A stretch of DNA of 64,000 bases from positions 2,402 to 66,401 of the forward strand of contig JAHZHZ010000007.1 of the NCBI GenBank assembly GCA_019419995.1, given 5' to 3'. The DNA comes from Clostridiales bacterium (GTDB lineage Bacteria; Bacillota; Clostridia; Christensenellales; Aristaeellaceae). The notes under the pieces are model-generated. The model made no database searches. It saw only the letters and a program-made list of their open reading frames with translations, and was not told the DNA's origin. Below are positions 37,146-46,650 of the stretch, piece by piece (position 1 is the first letter of the stretch; each line of letters opens with the position of its first letter). The position numbers were made by a program, and so were the translations under genes.

Positions 37146-37526
37146 TTGCAGATGGCAGCTCCTTCCATCCTTATATACAACCTGGACGCTCCTCACAAAT
37201 TTCGTCTGTTAGCCATCTGTTCGCAATTGAAAATTGCCTGCCATAGCGTTCCCATATCGGACTACAACCAACCTTTGGCCGCATTGGCCGGGGAGCGGCC
37301 ACGTCTGAAAGAAGCGTACGCCGGTGAGGGGTTTCAAGATGAAATGCTGGTGATGGTGAATTTTACCGGGCATCTACTCCAATCTTTTTTAAATGGTTTG
37401 AAGCTCCATAAAATTCCGGGCATTGCCCTCAAGGCAGTCATGACGCCCACCAACGCAAATTGGGATTCCATTCAATTGCATGCGGAAATTCTCCGAGAAC
37501 ATGAGGCCATGCACGGAAAAAAATAA
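37146..37526 (+). CDS. DUF3783-family protein
   Basis: 126 aa; ILIYNLD...DEMLVM..F....L..FL layout recalled from DUF3783; weak. Confidence 0.55.
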   Translation: MQMAAPSILIYNLDAPHKFRLLAICSQLKIACHSVPISDYNQPLAALAGERPRLKEAYAGEGFQDEMLVMVNFTGHLLQSFLNGLKLHKIPGIALKAVMTPTNANWDSIQLHAEILREHEAMHGKK

Positions 37527-37608
37527 TTTCTCGCGCCGTCCCTGGAATGATCTGGCGGACGGCGCATCCATGCGATGCCCCGAAGATGGGCGGGAACGGG
37601 AGGCATTG

Positions 37609-38076
37609 ATGCGGGAAACAACCCTGTGCTACATTCTTAAAGACGATCGATATCTGATGCTGCACCGGATCAAAAAGGAACAGGACCCCAACCAGGGAAA
37701 ATGGATCGGCATCGGAGGCGGCATAGAACCCGGAGAAACGGCCCAGCAATGCTTGCTTCGGGAAGTGAAGGAGGAAACCGGCCTTCAATTAATTCAGTGG
37801 AAAAAATGCGGCGTGGTGGATTTCATTTCGGATTGCTGGCCCGATGAACGCATGCACCTCTACACCTCGGACTCCTTTTCCGGGGAACTGACGGACTGCG
37901 ACGAAGGCGTGCTGAAGTGGATCGAACGCAAGCGCATTCTCGATCTTCCCCTGTGGGAAGGAGATCGCATTTTTCTGAAGCTGATTTTTCAAGATATCCC
38001 CGCTTTCCACCTGCGCCTGGAATATCGAGGCGATACGTTGGTTCGCGCTGTATTAAATGGAAAGGAACTGGAATGA
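37609..38076 (+). CDS. NUDIX hydrolase (MutT/8-oxo-dGTPase-like)
   Basis: Nudix box GGGIEPGETAQQCLLREVKEETGL; start trimmed to ATG 37609 (GGGAGG RBS). Confidence 0.85.
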   Translation: MRETTLCYILKDDRYLMLHRIKKEQDPNQGKWIGIGGGIEPGETAQQCLLREVKEETGLQLIQWKKCGVVDFISDCWPDERMHLYTSDSFSGELTDCDEGVLKWIERKRILDLPLWEGDRIFLKLIFQDIPAFHLRLEYRGDTLVRAVLNGKELE

Positions 38077-39278
38077 TGAAATCCATTCGTACTATTTACA
38101 AGATCGGCCGGGGCCCCTCCAGTTCTCACACCATGGGACCCGAACGCGCATGCCAGATTTTTCGCGCCGGGCACCCGGAGGCAGCGGCTTTTCGAGCTGT
38201 GCTCTATGGCTCCCTGGCCAAAACAGGCCGGGGACACGGCAGCGATCGGATCATTCAGGAAACTCTCGCACCCCTGCCCTGCAAAATTCTGTTTGACACT
38301 GAGACAACGCAACTCAGGCACCCCAACACTTTGGATCTGACCGCACTGGATTCATCCGGGAATGAATTGGAAACCCGTCGCTATTACTCCGTGGGTGGCG
38401 GAGATATTGAGGAGGAGGGGCAGCCAACCCGGACACCAGACAAAAACATCTACCCTCACGGTCATTTTGATGAAATTTCCGAATACTGTAAGGCGCACCA
38501 GATGCGTCTGAGCGATTACGTGGAAGCGTTTGAGGGCCCGCAAATCTGGGACTTTCTGTTGGAAATCTGGAAACAGATGTGCCAGAGTATCACGGAGGGA
38601 CTTACCTGCCGGGGCACGCTGCCTGGAGGGCTCAATGTGGAGCGCAAAGCCCAATATCTTTACAACCAGCGCCACATTGACGAGCGACTCGAAACCCGGG
38701 AAAATCGCATCGTATGCGCCTATGCTTTTGCCGTCAGCGAGCAGAATGCTGGGGGTGGCACGATCGTCACAGCACCCACCTGTGGAGCCTGCGGGGTGGT
38801 GCCGGCAGTGCTCAAATACATGCAGGAAGAAAAAAACCTGCCGGATCGTGCCGTATTGCGTGCCCTGGCGGTGGCTGGCCTGATTGGGAATCTGGTCAAG
38901 CACAACGCTTCTATTAGCGGTGCAGAGTGCGGCTGCCAGGCGGAAATCGGCACCGCCTGTTCCATGGCCTCCGCAGCCCTGGCAGAACTGTTTGAAATGG
39001 GCATTGATCAGGCGGAATATGCCGCAGAGGTAGCGCTGGAACACCACTTGGGACTCACCTGCGATCCCATCGGCGGTTTGGTACAAATTCCCTGCATCGA
39101 ACGCAACGCCGTGGCCGCCATGCGAGCCATCAATGCTGTGCGCATTTCCAATTTTCTCACCTCCACGCGCAAAATTTCCTTTGATCTGGTGGTAGAAACC
39201 ATGTATGAAACAGGCCGCGATCTCAACCACATCTATCGGGAAACTGCTGAGGGAGGACTGGCTAAACTATATAAATGA
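38073..39278 (+). CDS. sdaA: L-serine ammonia-lyase, iron-sulfur-dependent
   Basis: MMKSIRTIYKIGRGPSSSHTMGP N-terminus, CGACGVVPA, SGAECGCQAEIG Fe-S Cys motifs; ATG overlaps NUDIX stop (ATGA). Confidence 0.9.
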   Translation: MMKSIRTIYKIGRGPSSSHTMGPERACQIFRAGHPEAAAFRAVLYGSLAKTGRGHGSDRIIQETLAPLPCKILFDTETTQLRHPNTLDLTALDSSGNELETRRYYSVGGGDIEEEGQPTRTPDKNIYPHGHFDEISEYCKAHQMRLSDYVEAFEGPQIWDFLLEIWKQMCQSITEGLTCRGTLPGGLNVERKAQYLYNQRHIDERLETRENRIVCAYAFAVSEQNAGGGTIVTAPTCGACGVVPAVLKYMQEEKNLPDRAVLRALAVAGLIGNLVKHNASISGAECGCQAEIGTACSMASAALAELFEMGIDQAEYAAEVALEHHLGLTCDPIGGLVQIPCIERNAVAAMRAINAVRISNFLTSTRKISFDLVVETMYETGRDLNHIYRETAEGGLAKLYK

Positions 39279-39294
39279 CGGGAGATGAATACAG

Positions 39295-39537
39295 ATGAGA
39301 TGCAGCTGCCACGAATGCGGCACCTACATGAACCAATCCGAGGGTCTGGAACTGGGCTGTGTCTGTCCTGAATGTGGATATCGCTGCAAAGCCTGTCTGG
39401 GCACGGACAGCGTGGTCAGCCGAAAAGATTTAAAGGCACTGGCCTCCAATCCCGATTTTTTGCAGGATTTATGGGGGGATTCGGAAGTTTTCCCGACACA
39501 TACGGAAGGTGATCCCCGGGACGAATATCTGGACTGA
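39295..39537 (+). CDS. Small Cys-rich (zinc-ribbon-like) protein, unknown function
   Basis: 80 aa; CSCHEC...CVCPEC..CKAC; GGGAGA RBS; followed by a hairpin at about 39575-39610. Confidence 0.55.
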   Translation: MRCSCHECGTYMNQSEGLELGCVCPECGYRCKACLGTDSVVSRKDLKALASNPDFLQDLWGDSEVFPTHTEGDPRDEYLD

Positions 39538-39588
39538 ACTTGTGCCCAATCAAAAGCGATAGTCATACAAAGCAAGGGAGCCGAGGCG

Positions 39589-40047
39589 TTATGCCTTCGA
39601 CTCCCTGTTTTCTCTGGGCCCTCTGGTTCTTTGTGAATAATACTTTTCCACATGGGCCAACGCGGCCCGCAGAATTTTTCGGTCCCGTTCATAAGTCAGC
39701 CTATTCAAAGCCTCCTCGATGGGATACCACTTTGCCTCGGCAATCTCCTCGGGCTGAGGCGTAATTTCCTTCTGATTTGTGACCGCCGCAAAGATCACTA
39801 CCAGCTTCTGAATATCGGATCGTATATTATAGCGATTTTCCGCCCGGTAACGCCTGTCCACCTTCACCCGGATTCCAGTTTCCTCAAAAACCTCCCGCTC
39901 TGCGGTGTGGCTCTCCAATTCTCCGGCCTCCATATGCCCCTTGGGAAAGGATATATGCCTTCCCCTAGCATGGCGGATCAGCAGCACGTTCCAACCGTCG
40001 GCATCTCTTCGGAAAATCACTGCGCCGCAGGATTTTTCGTATTTCAT
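39589..40047 (-). CDS. NUDIX hydrolase
   Basis: Nudix box GHMEAGELESHTAEREVFEETGI. Confidence 0.88.
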   Translation of the reverse strand: MKYEKSCGAVIFRRDADGWNVLLIRHARGRHISFPKGHMEAGELESHTAEREVFEETGIRVKVDRRYRAENRYNIRSDIQKLVVIFAAVTNQKEITPQPEEIAEAKWYPIEEALNRLTYERDRKILRAALAHVEKYYSQRTRGPRENRESKA

Positions 40048-40073
40048 GCCAGCCTCCGTAGATGTTTCACGCC

Positions 40074-40904
40074 TCAGAGCCTTTCCAGCGCATCTGCGAT
40101 GCCATCCAGCCAGTTACCGTCAAACATCTCGATTTTGCCCGCATCGCAAGCCGCAGCCAGGGCAGGATCAATCGGCATGCGCGCAATTTGTTCGATGCCG
40201 TTGCGCGCCGCAATTTCCTCCACGTGGCTTTCGCCGAAGATGTGATGCTCCTTTCCGCACTGATCGCAGCGGAAATAGGACATGTTTTCCACCACGCCCA
40301 GCACCGGAATATTCATCATCTGTGCCATGTGCATGGCCTTTTCCACAATCATCCCCACCAACTCCTGGGGAGAGGTAACGATCAAAATGCCATCCACCGG
40401 AAGAGACTGGAACACCGTCAGCGGCACATCCCCCGTTCCTGGAGGCATGTCCACAAACATGAAATCCACATCGCCCCACATTACATCCGTCCAAAACTGC
40501 TTCACTGTACCGGCAATGATAGGACCGCGCCATACCACGGGGTCCGTTTCATTTTCCAGCATCAGATTCAACGACACCAATTTCACGCCCGTGGTGCTTA
40601 CGGCAGGTACGATGCCGTCCTCAGTGGCGCCCAACATTCCATGTACGCCAAAGGCCTTGGGAATGGAGGGACCTGTGATGTCTGCATCCAAAATAGCTGT
40701 ATCGTGCCCCCTGCGGCGCATGGTAGCCGCCATTAGGCTGGTGATCATGGATTTTCCCACGCCGCCCTTACCGCTTACCACGCCGATAACCTTCTTTACC
40801 CGGCTGTGGGCATTGGCTTTTGCGCTGAAATCAGGTTTCTGTTCACTCCTGCTGGGACAGTTCTCGCCGCAGCTGGAGCAGTCATGATTGCAATTCTCAC
40901 TCAT
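40074..40904 (-). CDS. Mrp/NBP35-family iron-sulfur cluster carrier ATPase
   Basis: N-terminal CNHDCSSCGENC, deviant Walker A SGKGGVGKS, CxxC (FRCDQCG). Confidence 0.92.
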   Translation of the reverse strand: MSENCNHDCSSCGENCPSRSEQKPDFSAKANAHSRVKKVIGVVSGKGGVGKSMITSLMAATMRRRGHDTAILDADITGPSIPKAFGVHGMLGATEDGIVPAVSTTGVKLVSLNLMLENETDPVVWRGPIIAGTVKQFWTDVMWGDVDFMFVDMPPGTGDVPLTVFQSLPVDGILIVTSPQELVGMIVEKAMHMAQMMNIPVLGVVENMSYFRCDQCGKEHHIFGESHVEEIAARNGIEQIARMPIDPALAAACDAGKIEMFDGNWLDGIADALERL

Positions 40905-41087
40905 CTTCTATGAACCTCGGATTCAGAATTGATATATTTAATCATAGCCTCATGGCCCACCAAAGTCAAGCAATTTTGCGAGACTTTTTGCCGCAATTGC
41001 AAACGACTTTTCTTTTCAAAGCCAGAGAGCCAACAAAAAACGACGGTGGGCAAGTCCGTCGTCGTTCTCATCTTCACTTTTCATTAT

Positions 41088-41651
41088 TCAGCCTTTTTTA
41101 GCCGATTGCAGAAAATCAATCCATGTGTAGTCGCCGTCTGTTCCCCGCACCCAATCCAGCATCTTAAGATACGCTTCAATTCGTTTCATTACAGGGCCCG
41201 GATAGTTGTCCCCTTCACGGCAAACGATGGCTGTCAATTCATAGACCGGCAAACCCAAGGCATGTCTCGGCGTATGGACGCAGGAGAGGGCCTGTCCAAC
41301 TCCGTGACATAGGCAAGCAGATTCCCGATCCGCCAGTTCCCGGGCCGCCGCATGGCAGGCAAGAATAGCTCTGCGAGCCACGGGCATGCGCACATCCCCT
41401 CTGGCCCAGGCGCGAACCACTTCCAGCGCCGTCTGAGGCTGCTCTAAATGAGGATGTTTAATCCGCAAACATCGCAAAGGCTCTGCCACGCATTCAAAAG
41501 CCCACAGCACCACTTCCCGCCGATTCGCAGATTCCAAAGCCAAGCTCAGCGGCTGAAGAGAGGCACTGTCTTGAGAAAAATAAATTTGATTCCTCTTTCT
41601 CCGCCGAAGCTCCACATCTTCAAACACAGTTTTTGCCTCACTCCATTCCAT
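41088..41651 (-). CDS. Helical-repeat protein resembling the Imm-5-like putative immunity protein family
   Basis: VVLWAFECVAEPL...ALEVVRAWARGDVRMPVARRAILACHAAAREL...HALG pattern; start trimmed to ATG 41651, overlapping the upstream gene by 14 nt. Confidence 0.5.
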   Translation of the reverse strand: MEWSEAKTVFEDVELRRRKRNQIYFSQDSASLQPLSLALESANRREVVLWAFECVAEPLRCLRIKHPHLEQPQTALEVVRAWARGDVRMPVARRAILACHAAARELADRESACLCHGVGQALSCVHTPRHALGLPVYELTAIVCREGDNYPGPVMKRIEAYLKMLDWVRGTDGDYTWIDFLQSAKKG

Positions 41652-42459
41652 CCGGTTCCACAAAGGCTTCACCCATGGCAGCAAGCTTTACCTGACCCTG
41701 AATTTCTACCCGGCTGACACGCCCCTCAAACCATTGGGCAAATACGCCCATCATTCCCCCCGGCTGCTTCAACTCCATTCGGACGTCGCATCCTTCTCGC
41801 ACTGCCATCCAGCAGCCCACAGCGGCGCTCCCGCTTCCGCATCCTCGCTCCCACACGCAGCTGTCGGTATCCCTCACGTACACCAGCGGGCGCATGCCGC
41901 AGCCGTCATCATCCATCAGCATTGCTCCAAAGGCATCGGCTCCGACCTGAGCACACCAATGACGAATATTGCATTCCACCACTTCTGGCTCAATTTTGCC
42001 CGCACGCAGCAGGGCATGAACGATACCTTTAAAGCGCACCAAAGGGACGATGAGTCCCGGCATCAATTCCAATTCTTCCACGGACTCCGGCAGTGGCATG
42101 GATACGGTTCCTTCAAAAGATGCTCCCTTGCGCCGGATGTGACAGCGCACCACACGCTCTGCACCAGAAACTTCCAGAGGATAGACTGCTTCCTTCCCAT
42201 CTGAAAGTCCATCCTTCCATGCTAACAGCGCCGCCAGAGACATGCTGGCGTTACCGCAAAACTCGCCGCCCATCATCTGAAGCCGCGCCCGAGCCCCGGG
42301 CAGCGTCGGCTGTTCCACAAAACCTACCTGTTCGCCGCCCACGCTGCCATAGGCCATCAGCCGCTCCGCCACAGACCCATACTGCGCCCTGGGCAGCGAG
42401 CTGAGCACCAGAATGGTCATATTCTCCGTGGGGTTAATCTTGGCAAACTGTATTCTCAT
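41638..42459 (-). CDS. DapF-superfamily epimerase, divergent
   Basis: GGEFCGNA and ERGCGSGSAA (both catalytic Cys motifs) but N-terminal FAKINPTENMTILV instead of GNDF. Confidence 0.7.
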   Translation of the reverse strand: MRIQFAKINPTENMTILVLSSLPRAQYGSVAERLMAYGSVGGEQVGFVEQPTLPGARARLQMMGGEFCGNASMSLAALLAWKDGLSDGKEAVYPLEVSGAERVVRCHIRRKGASFEGTVSMPLPESVEELELMPGLIVPLVRFKGIVHALLRAGKIEPEVVECNIRHWCAQVGADAFGAMLMDDDGCGMRPLVYVRDTDSCVWERGCGSGSAAVGCWMAVREGCDVRMELKQPGGMMGVFAQWFEGRVSRVEIQGQVKLAAMGEAFVEPDGME

Positions 42460-42470
42460 CTTCTCATGTC

Positions 42471-43226
42471 CTAATTAAATCGCGACAGGAACTGAATTGT
42501 GCGCTCCTGGCGTGGATTGTTAATGATGTTGTAGGGATTGCCCTCCTCCACAATCACGCCGCCATCCATGAAAATTACATGATCCGAGACATCCCGGGCA
42601 AAGCTCATTTCATGGGTGACGATTACCATGGTCATGTGTTCCGCAGCCAAATCCCGAATGACCTTGAGAATCTCCCCCGTAAGCTCCGGATCCAACGCAG
42701 AAGTGGGCTCATCAAAGAATAGAATCTTGGGATTCATAGCCAATGCCCTTGCAATGGATACCCGCTGCTGCTGGCCACCGGAGAGCTGATAGGGATAGGC
42801 ACTCTCCCGGTCGGAAAGCCCCATCTTCTTCAACAGTTCCCGGGCGTCGGCATAGGCCTGTTCTCTGGGCCGCTTCTGGATGAGCATGGGGGCTTCGGCA
42901 ATATTGCGCAGGACGCTGTAGTGGGGAAACAGATTGAAATTTTGAAATACCAGACCAAAGGAGGAACGTATGGCTTTAAGCTCTCCTGCGGAGGCATAGA
43001 CGGCCTTTCCACCCTGATCACGGGCAGCATAGCGACCCAGATAAATCAGATCTCCCCCATCCATGGTTTCCAACAGCGTGGCACAGCGCAGAAGCGTACT
43101 CTTTCCACTGCCGGATGGACCAATGATGGACACTACCTGCCCCTCTTCCACCGAAAGGGAAATATCGTTGAGAACCGGCAAATTTCCAAATGATTTGCGG
43201 ATGTGATTCATTTCCAGAATTTTCAT
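42471..43226 (-). CDS. Amino-acid ABC transporter ATP-binding protein
   Basis: [34 protein letters not shown]. Confidence 0.93.
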   Translation of the reverse strand: MKILEMNHIRKSFGNLPVLNDISLSVEEGQVVSIIGPSGSGKSTLLRCATLLETMDGGDLIYLGRYAARDQGGKAVYASAGELKAIRSSFGLVFQNFNLFPHYSVLRNIAEAPMLIQKRPREQAYADARELLKKMGLSDRESAYPYQLSGGQQQRVSIARALAMNPKILFFDEPTSALDPELTGEILKVIRDLAAEHMTMVIVTHEMSFARDVSDHVIFMDGGVIVEEGNPYNIINNPRQERTIQFLSRFN

Positions 43227-43242
43227 ATTCCATTTCCTCCTC

Positions 43243-43890
43243 TCAGTGGTAATAGTTCAATTTCTTCTCACAGCGCCCCATCACAAAGGCCACCACAATA
43301 TTGAAGATGTAATAGAATACGCCTGCGATCACAAAGGGCATAAAGCTGGTCTGAGAATTGGCAATCTGCTTGCCAATGGAAAACATCTCCTGATAAGCTA
43401 CCGTAAAGGCCATGGACGTATCCTTCACCAGCGTGATCAGCTCATTGGTCACCGGGGGCAGAATGCGCTTGATCACCTGAGGCAGAATGATGCGGGTGAA
43501 AGTGCGCATTTTCCCATAGCCCAGCACGGCCGCCGCTTCGTACTGACCCACCGGCATGGACTCAATCCCCGCCCGGTAGATTTCAGCAAAGTAAGCTGCA
43601 TAATTCAGGGCGTAAGCGATGATGATGGGAATGAGCTTGTTGCGGGCCACACTGCTGCCAAACAGATAGAACGGTCCATAGGTAACCGCCAGCAATTGAA
43701 GCATCAGCGGCGTCCCCCGAAGGATGGATATGTACACCTGGGCCACTGCCCGCACGGCTTTGATCCGGCTCATACGCAAGAAAGCCACAATCAAACCCAG
43801 AGGCAGCGAAAACAGCAGCGTTAAAAAAAAGATTGCGCAGCTGCGTCCGAGACCCTGGCTCATCTTCTCAATCATCGCGACAATGGTCAT
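43243..43890 (-). CDS. Amino-acid ABC transporter permease (HisM/Q-type)
   Basis: EAA-like loop [21 protein letters not shown]; start trimmed to ATG 43890 (GAGGGAAG RBS). Confidence 0.9.
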   Translation of the reverse strand: MTIVAMIEKMSQGLGRSCAIFFLTLLFSLPLGLIVAFLRMSRIKAVRAVAQVYISILRGTPLMLQLLAVTYGPFYLFGSSVARNKLIPIIIAYALNYAAYFAEIYRAGIESMPVGQYEAAAVLGYGKMRTFTRIILPQVIKRILPPVTNELITLVKDTSMAFTVAYQEMFSIGKQIANSQTSFMPFVIAGVFYYIFNIVVAFVMGRCEKKLNYYH

Positions 43891-43998
43891 AGCATCTTCC
43901 CTCATTTACACAGGCTTGGGGCTATCGCTTTCGCCATAGCCCCTGGGCCCTTCATTTCCTTATATTATATCATTCGCTTCCGTCGGCCCGATTCCTGC

Positions 43999-44778
43999 TC
44001 ACTTAGCCAGGCACAGCGCCGCGGTGTCCAGTCCGAATTCTTCGGCCAGGGCCAGATAAGTTCCATCCTCCACCAGCTGCATGTAGGCCTCTTCCACCTG
44101 AGCGCACATCTCGGCGTCATCCTTGCGGAAGCAGATGCCGTACTTTTCAGATGCGAAAGATTCATCCAGCATCACGTATTCATCACCGTATTCGGCAATC
44201 TTGCCAGCGGCCACGCCAATGTCAATGGCTACTGCGTCCACGGAACCCGCCATCAGCTCGGTAAAGCAAACATTATAGTTTTCAAAGCGCTGCAATTCAC
44301 CGAAGCTGGCACCCAATTCAGCAGCATCGCCGCCCTCGCTGAGCAAAATGTCCGCGGAAGTACCCAGCTGCACGCCCACGATCTTGCCTTCCAAGTCTGC
44401 CAACGTTTCAATACCGCTGTCTGCCTTGGTCAGAATCATCTGGGAGTTATCCGAATAAGCCATGGACAGGGTATAGGCCTCCGGATCGATCACATCAATG
44501 GTCAGGCCCGACCAAATGCAGTCGATTTCCCCGGAATCCAGCGTCATCAGCTTCGTATCCCAGTTAATGGGAACCAGTTCGATTTCCCAACCCAGAATCT
44601 CACAAACTTTCTTGCACATCTCAATGTCAAAGCCCGTGTACTCGCCATCATCGCCCATGTAGGTGTAGGGCGGATATTCGGCGTCAAATCCCATCTTGAA
44701 GGTGAAGGCTTCCTCTGCAAAGGCAGTAGCGGACAGAACCAAAATCAGAGCGATTACCAGAGCGATCATTTTCTTCAT
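43999..44778 (-). CDS. Amino-acid ABC transporter substrate-binding protein (family 3)
   Basis: Signal peptide, FDAEYPPYTY..GFDIEM motif. Confidence 0.9.
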   Translation of the reverse strand: MKKMIALVIALILVLSATAFAEEAFTFKMGFDAEYPPYTYMGDDGEYTGFDIEMCKKVCEILGWEIELVPINWDTKLMTLDSGEIDCIWSGLTIDVIDPEAYTLSMAYSDNSQMILTKADSGIETLADLEGKIVGVQLGTSADILLSEGGDAAELGASFGELQRFENYNVCFTELMAGSVDAVAIDIGVAAGKIAEYGDEYVMLDESFASEKYGICFRKDDAEMCAQVEEAYMQLVEDGTYLALAEEFGLDTAALCLAK

Positions 44779-45029
44779 GTTATTTTCCTCCTGAATTCAA
44801 ATTGCACCAGATTGATCGGCGCGTCATTCATTTGCTGTGCTAGCAGTTTATCACTTTAGCGTAGTAGCATAAAGCATTATTCTGCGTATTTTTGATTAAC
44901 TTCTTGTAAATATCGATCCCCGCTAAAATTAAGTTTTCGAAGGCCATACAAATTCCAGATAATATCCTGACAAATTCAAAATCAGGTATTATAATGTATC
45001 TATAAGAACACGGATTGGAGGAAGAGGTC

Positions 45030-46421
45030 ATGCAAAGAATCAAACGCCGCCACTATGAAATTGACATGATTCACGGCAGCATGATTCCGAAGGTCGCTGC
45101 CTTCGCGGTTCCGCTGATGCTCACCAGTGTGCTGCAATTGTTGTACAACGCTGCGGACGTAATTGTTGTGGGCCGGTTTGCCGGGCAGGAATCTCTGGCA
45201 GCGGTGGGGTCCACGGCAGCGCTGATCAATCTGATCGTCAACGTATTTCTCGGTCTATCGGTGGGCACCAATGTGGTGGCTGCCAATTACTATGGCGCAG
45301 GAGATTTTAAGAATACGCAGGATACGGTACATACCTCCATCGCTGTAAGCATCATTGCCGGCATCATTACTGGCGCCATTGGCTTTATATTTGGAGGTAC
45401 TTTTCTGAGCTGGATGGGTTCGCCCGACGAAGTGCTCCCCTTAGCCACCCGCTATATGCGCATTTACTTCCTGGGCATGCCGTTTAACATGCTGTACAAC
45501 TTTGGCGCAGCGGTACTGCGCGCTGTGGGTGATACTCGGCGTCCCCTCTATTTCCTGATGATTTCCGGCATCGTCAATGTGATTTTAAATCTGGTGTTCG
45601 TCATTAATTTCAACATGGGTGTAGCCGGGGTAGCCTGGGCCACAATTATCTCTCAATTGGTTTCTGCCGTGCTGGTGGTAATTTGTCTGATCCGCACGGA
45701 AGGCTTCGTCCATCTAAATCTCAAGTCATTGCATATTCACAGGAGCAAGCTGGTTTCCATTGCCCGGGTAGGTCTCCCGGCAGGCTTTCAGGGCGCATGC
45801 TTTTCCATCTCCAATGTACTGATTCAGTCCACAGTCAACAGCTATGGCTCCATCGTCATGGCTGGCAATTCTGCCGCATCCAATATCGAAGGCTTTATCT
45901 ACGCTTCCATGAATGCCTTTCATCAAGCGGCCATTACCTTTGCCAGCGCGAACATGGGCGCGGGCGAAAACGGGCGCATTCGAAAGGCACTGGGCGCCTG
46001 CACCTTCTGGGTCACTGTGGTGGGCATCGTGTTAGGGGCCTTTGCCTTTTTGCTGATGCCTCAGTTGTTGAGCATCTATTCCCCTGATGCAGAAGTTATT
46101 GCCGCAGGCGTTGTGCGCATGCAAATCATCACTTCCACCTATTTCCTGTGCGGCATCATGGATGTGTTGTGTGGCATCATGCGCGGTATCGGCGCCGCCG
46201 TAGTTCCTATGATTGTATCCATCATGGGCGCCTGCGTATTCAGAATCTTTTGGATTTATGTGATTCTTCCCCAGAACCCCACGCTGTCCATGTTATACAT
46301 CTCCTATCCTGTGTCTTGGGTACTCACCGGCGGCGTGCACCTGATCTGCCTGATCTTCCTGCTGCGCCGCTTCCCGGTGCACGTTCACAGTTCCGATCTT
46401 TCTGAGAAAACAAGTGCATAG
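45030..46421 (+). CDS. MATE-family efflux transporter
   Basis: Start trimmed to ATG 45030 (GGAGGAAGAGGTC-ATG); IPKVAAFAVPLMLTSVLQLLYNAADVIVVGRF, 12 TM. Confidence 0.9.
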   Translation: MQRIKRRHYEIDMIHGSMIPKVAAFAVPLMLTSVLQLLYNAADVIVVGRFAGQESLAAVGSTAALINLIVNVFLGLSVGTNVVAANYYGAGDFKNTQDTVHTSIAVSIIAGIITGAIGFIFGGTFLSWMGSPDEVLPLATRYMRIYFLGMPFNMLYNFGAAVLRAVGDTRRPLYFLMISGIVNVILNLVFVINFNMGVAGVAWATIISQLVSAVLVVICLIRTEGFVHLNLKSLHIHRSKLVSIARVGLPAGFQGACFSISNVLIQSTVNSYGSIVMAGNSAASNIEGFIYASMNAFHQAAITFASANMGAGENGRIRKALGACTFWVTVVGIVLGAFAFLLMPQLLSIYSPDAEVIAAGVVRMQIITSTYFLCGIMDVLCGIMRGIGAAVVPMIVSIMGACVFRIFWIYVILPQNPTLSMLYISYPVSWVLTGGVHLICLIFLLRRFPVHVHSSDLSEKTSA

Positions 46422-46496
46422 CGTGCTTAAAGCAAGATACGTCTCCACTTGAAATCCAAACCATTTCAATCTACATCAATCATTCGCAGTATTAAA

Positions 46497-46538
46497 AAAC
46501 GCCCGGGAATCCGAAAGGAAACCCGGACGTTTTTATTT
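46497..46538 (+). terminator. Terminator after MATE gene
   Basis: cgcccggg...cccggacg stem (one mismatch) followed by tttttattt. Confidence 0.6.
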
Positions 46539-46650
46539 ACCTTGAAAGTGCCTTATCACTTATACCCACATTCCAGATATCTTCAGTTTTTCCCCTGTCG
46601 GAAGGTCACTGGCCACATTCGCGCTCTGGAAACGCACTTATGGATCATGT

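Noticed and set aside
44779-45029. Possible riboswitch or T-box in the 250-nt region between the amino-acid ABC operon and the MATE gene
   Set aside because: No T-box specifier/AGGGTGGTACCGCG-type motif and no SAM, lysine or glycine riboswitch core sequences are visible. The region is explained by two divergent promoters (CTGACA-17-TATAAT for the MATE gene).
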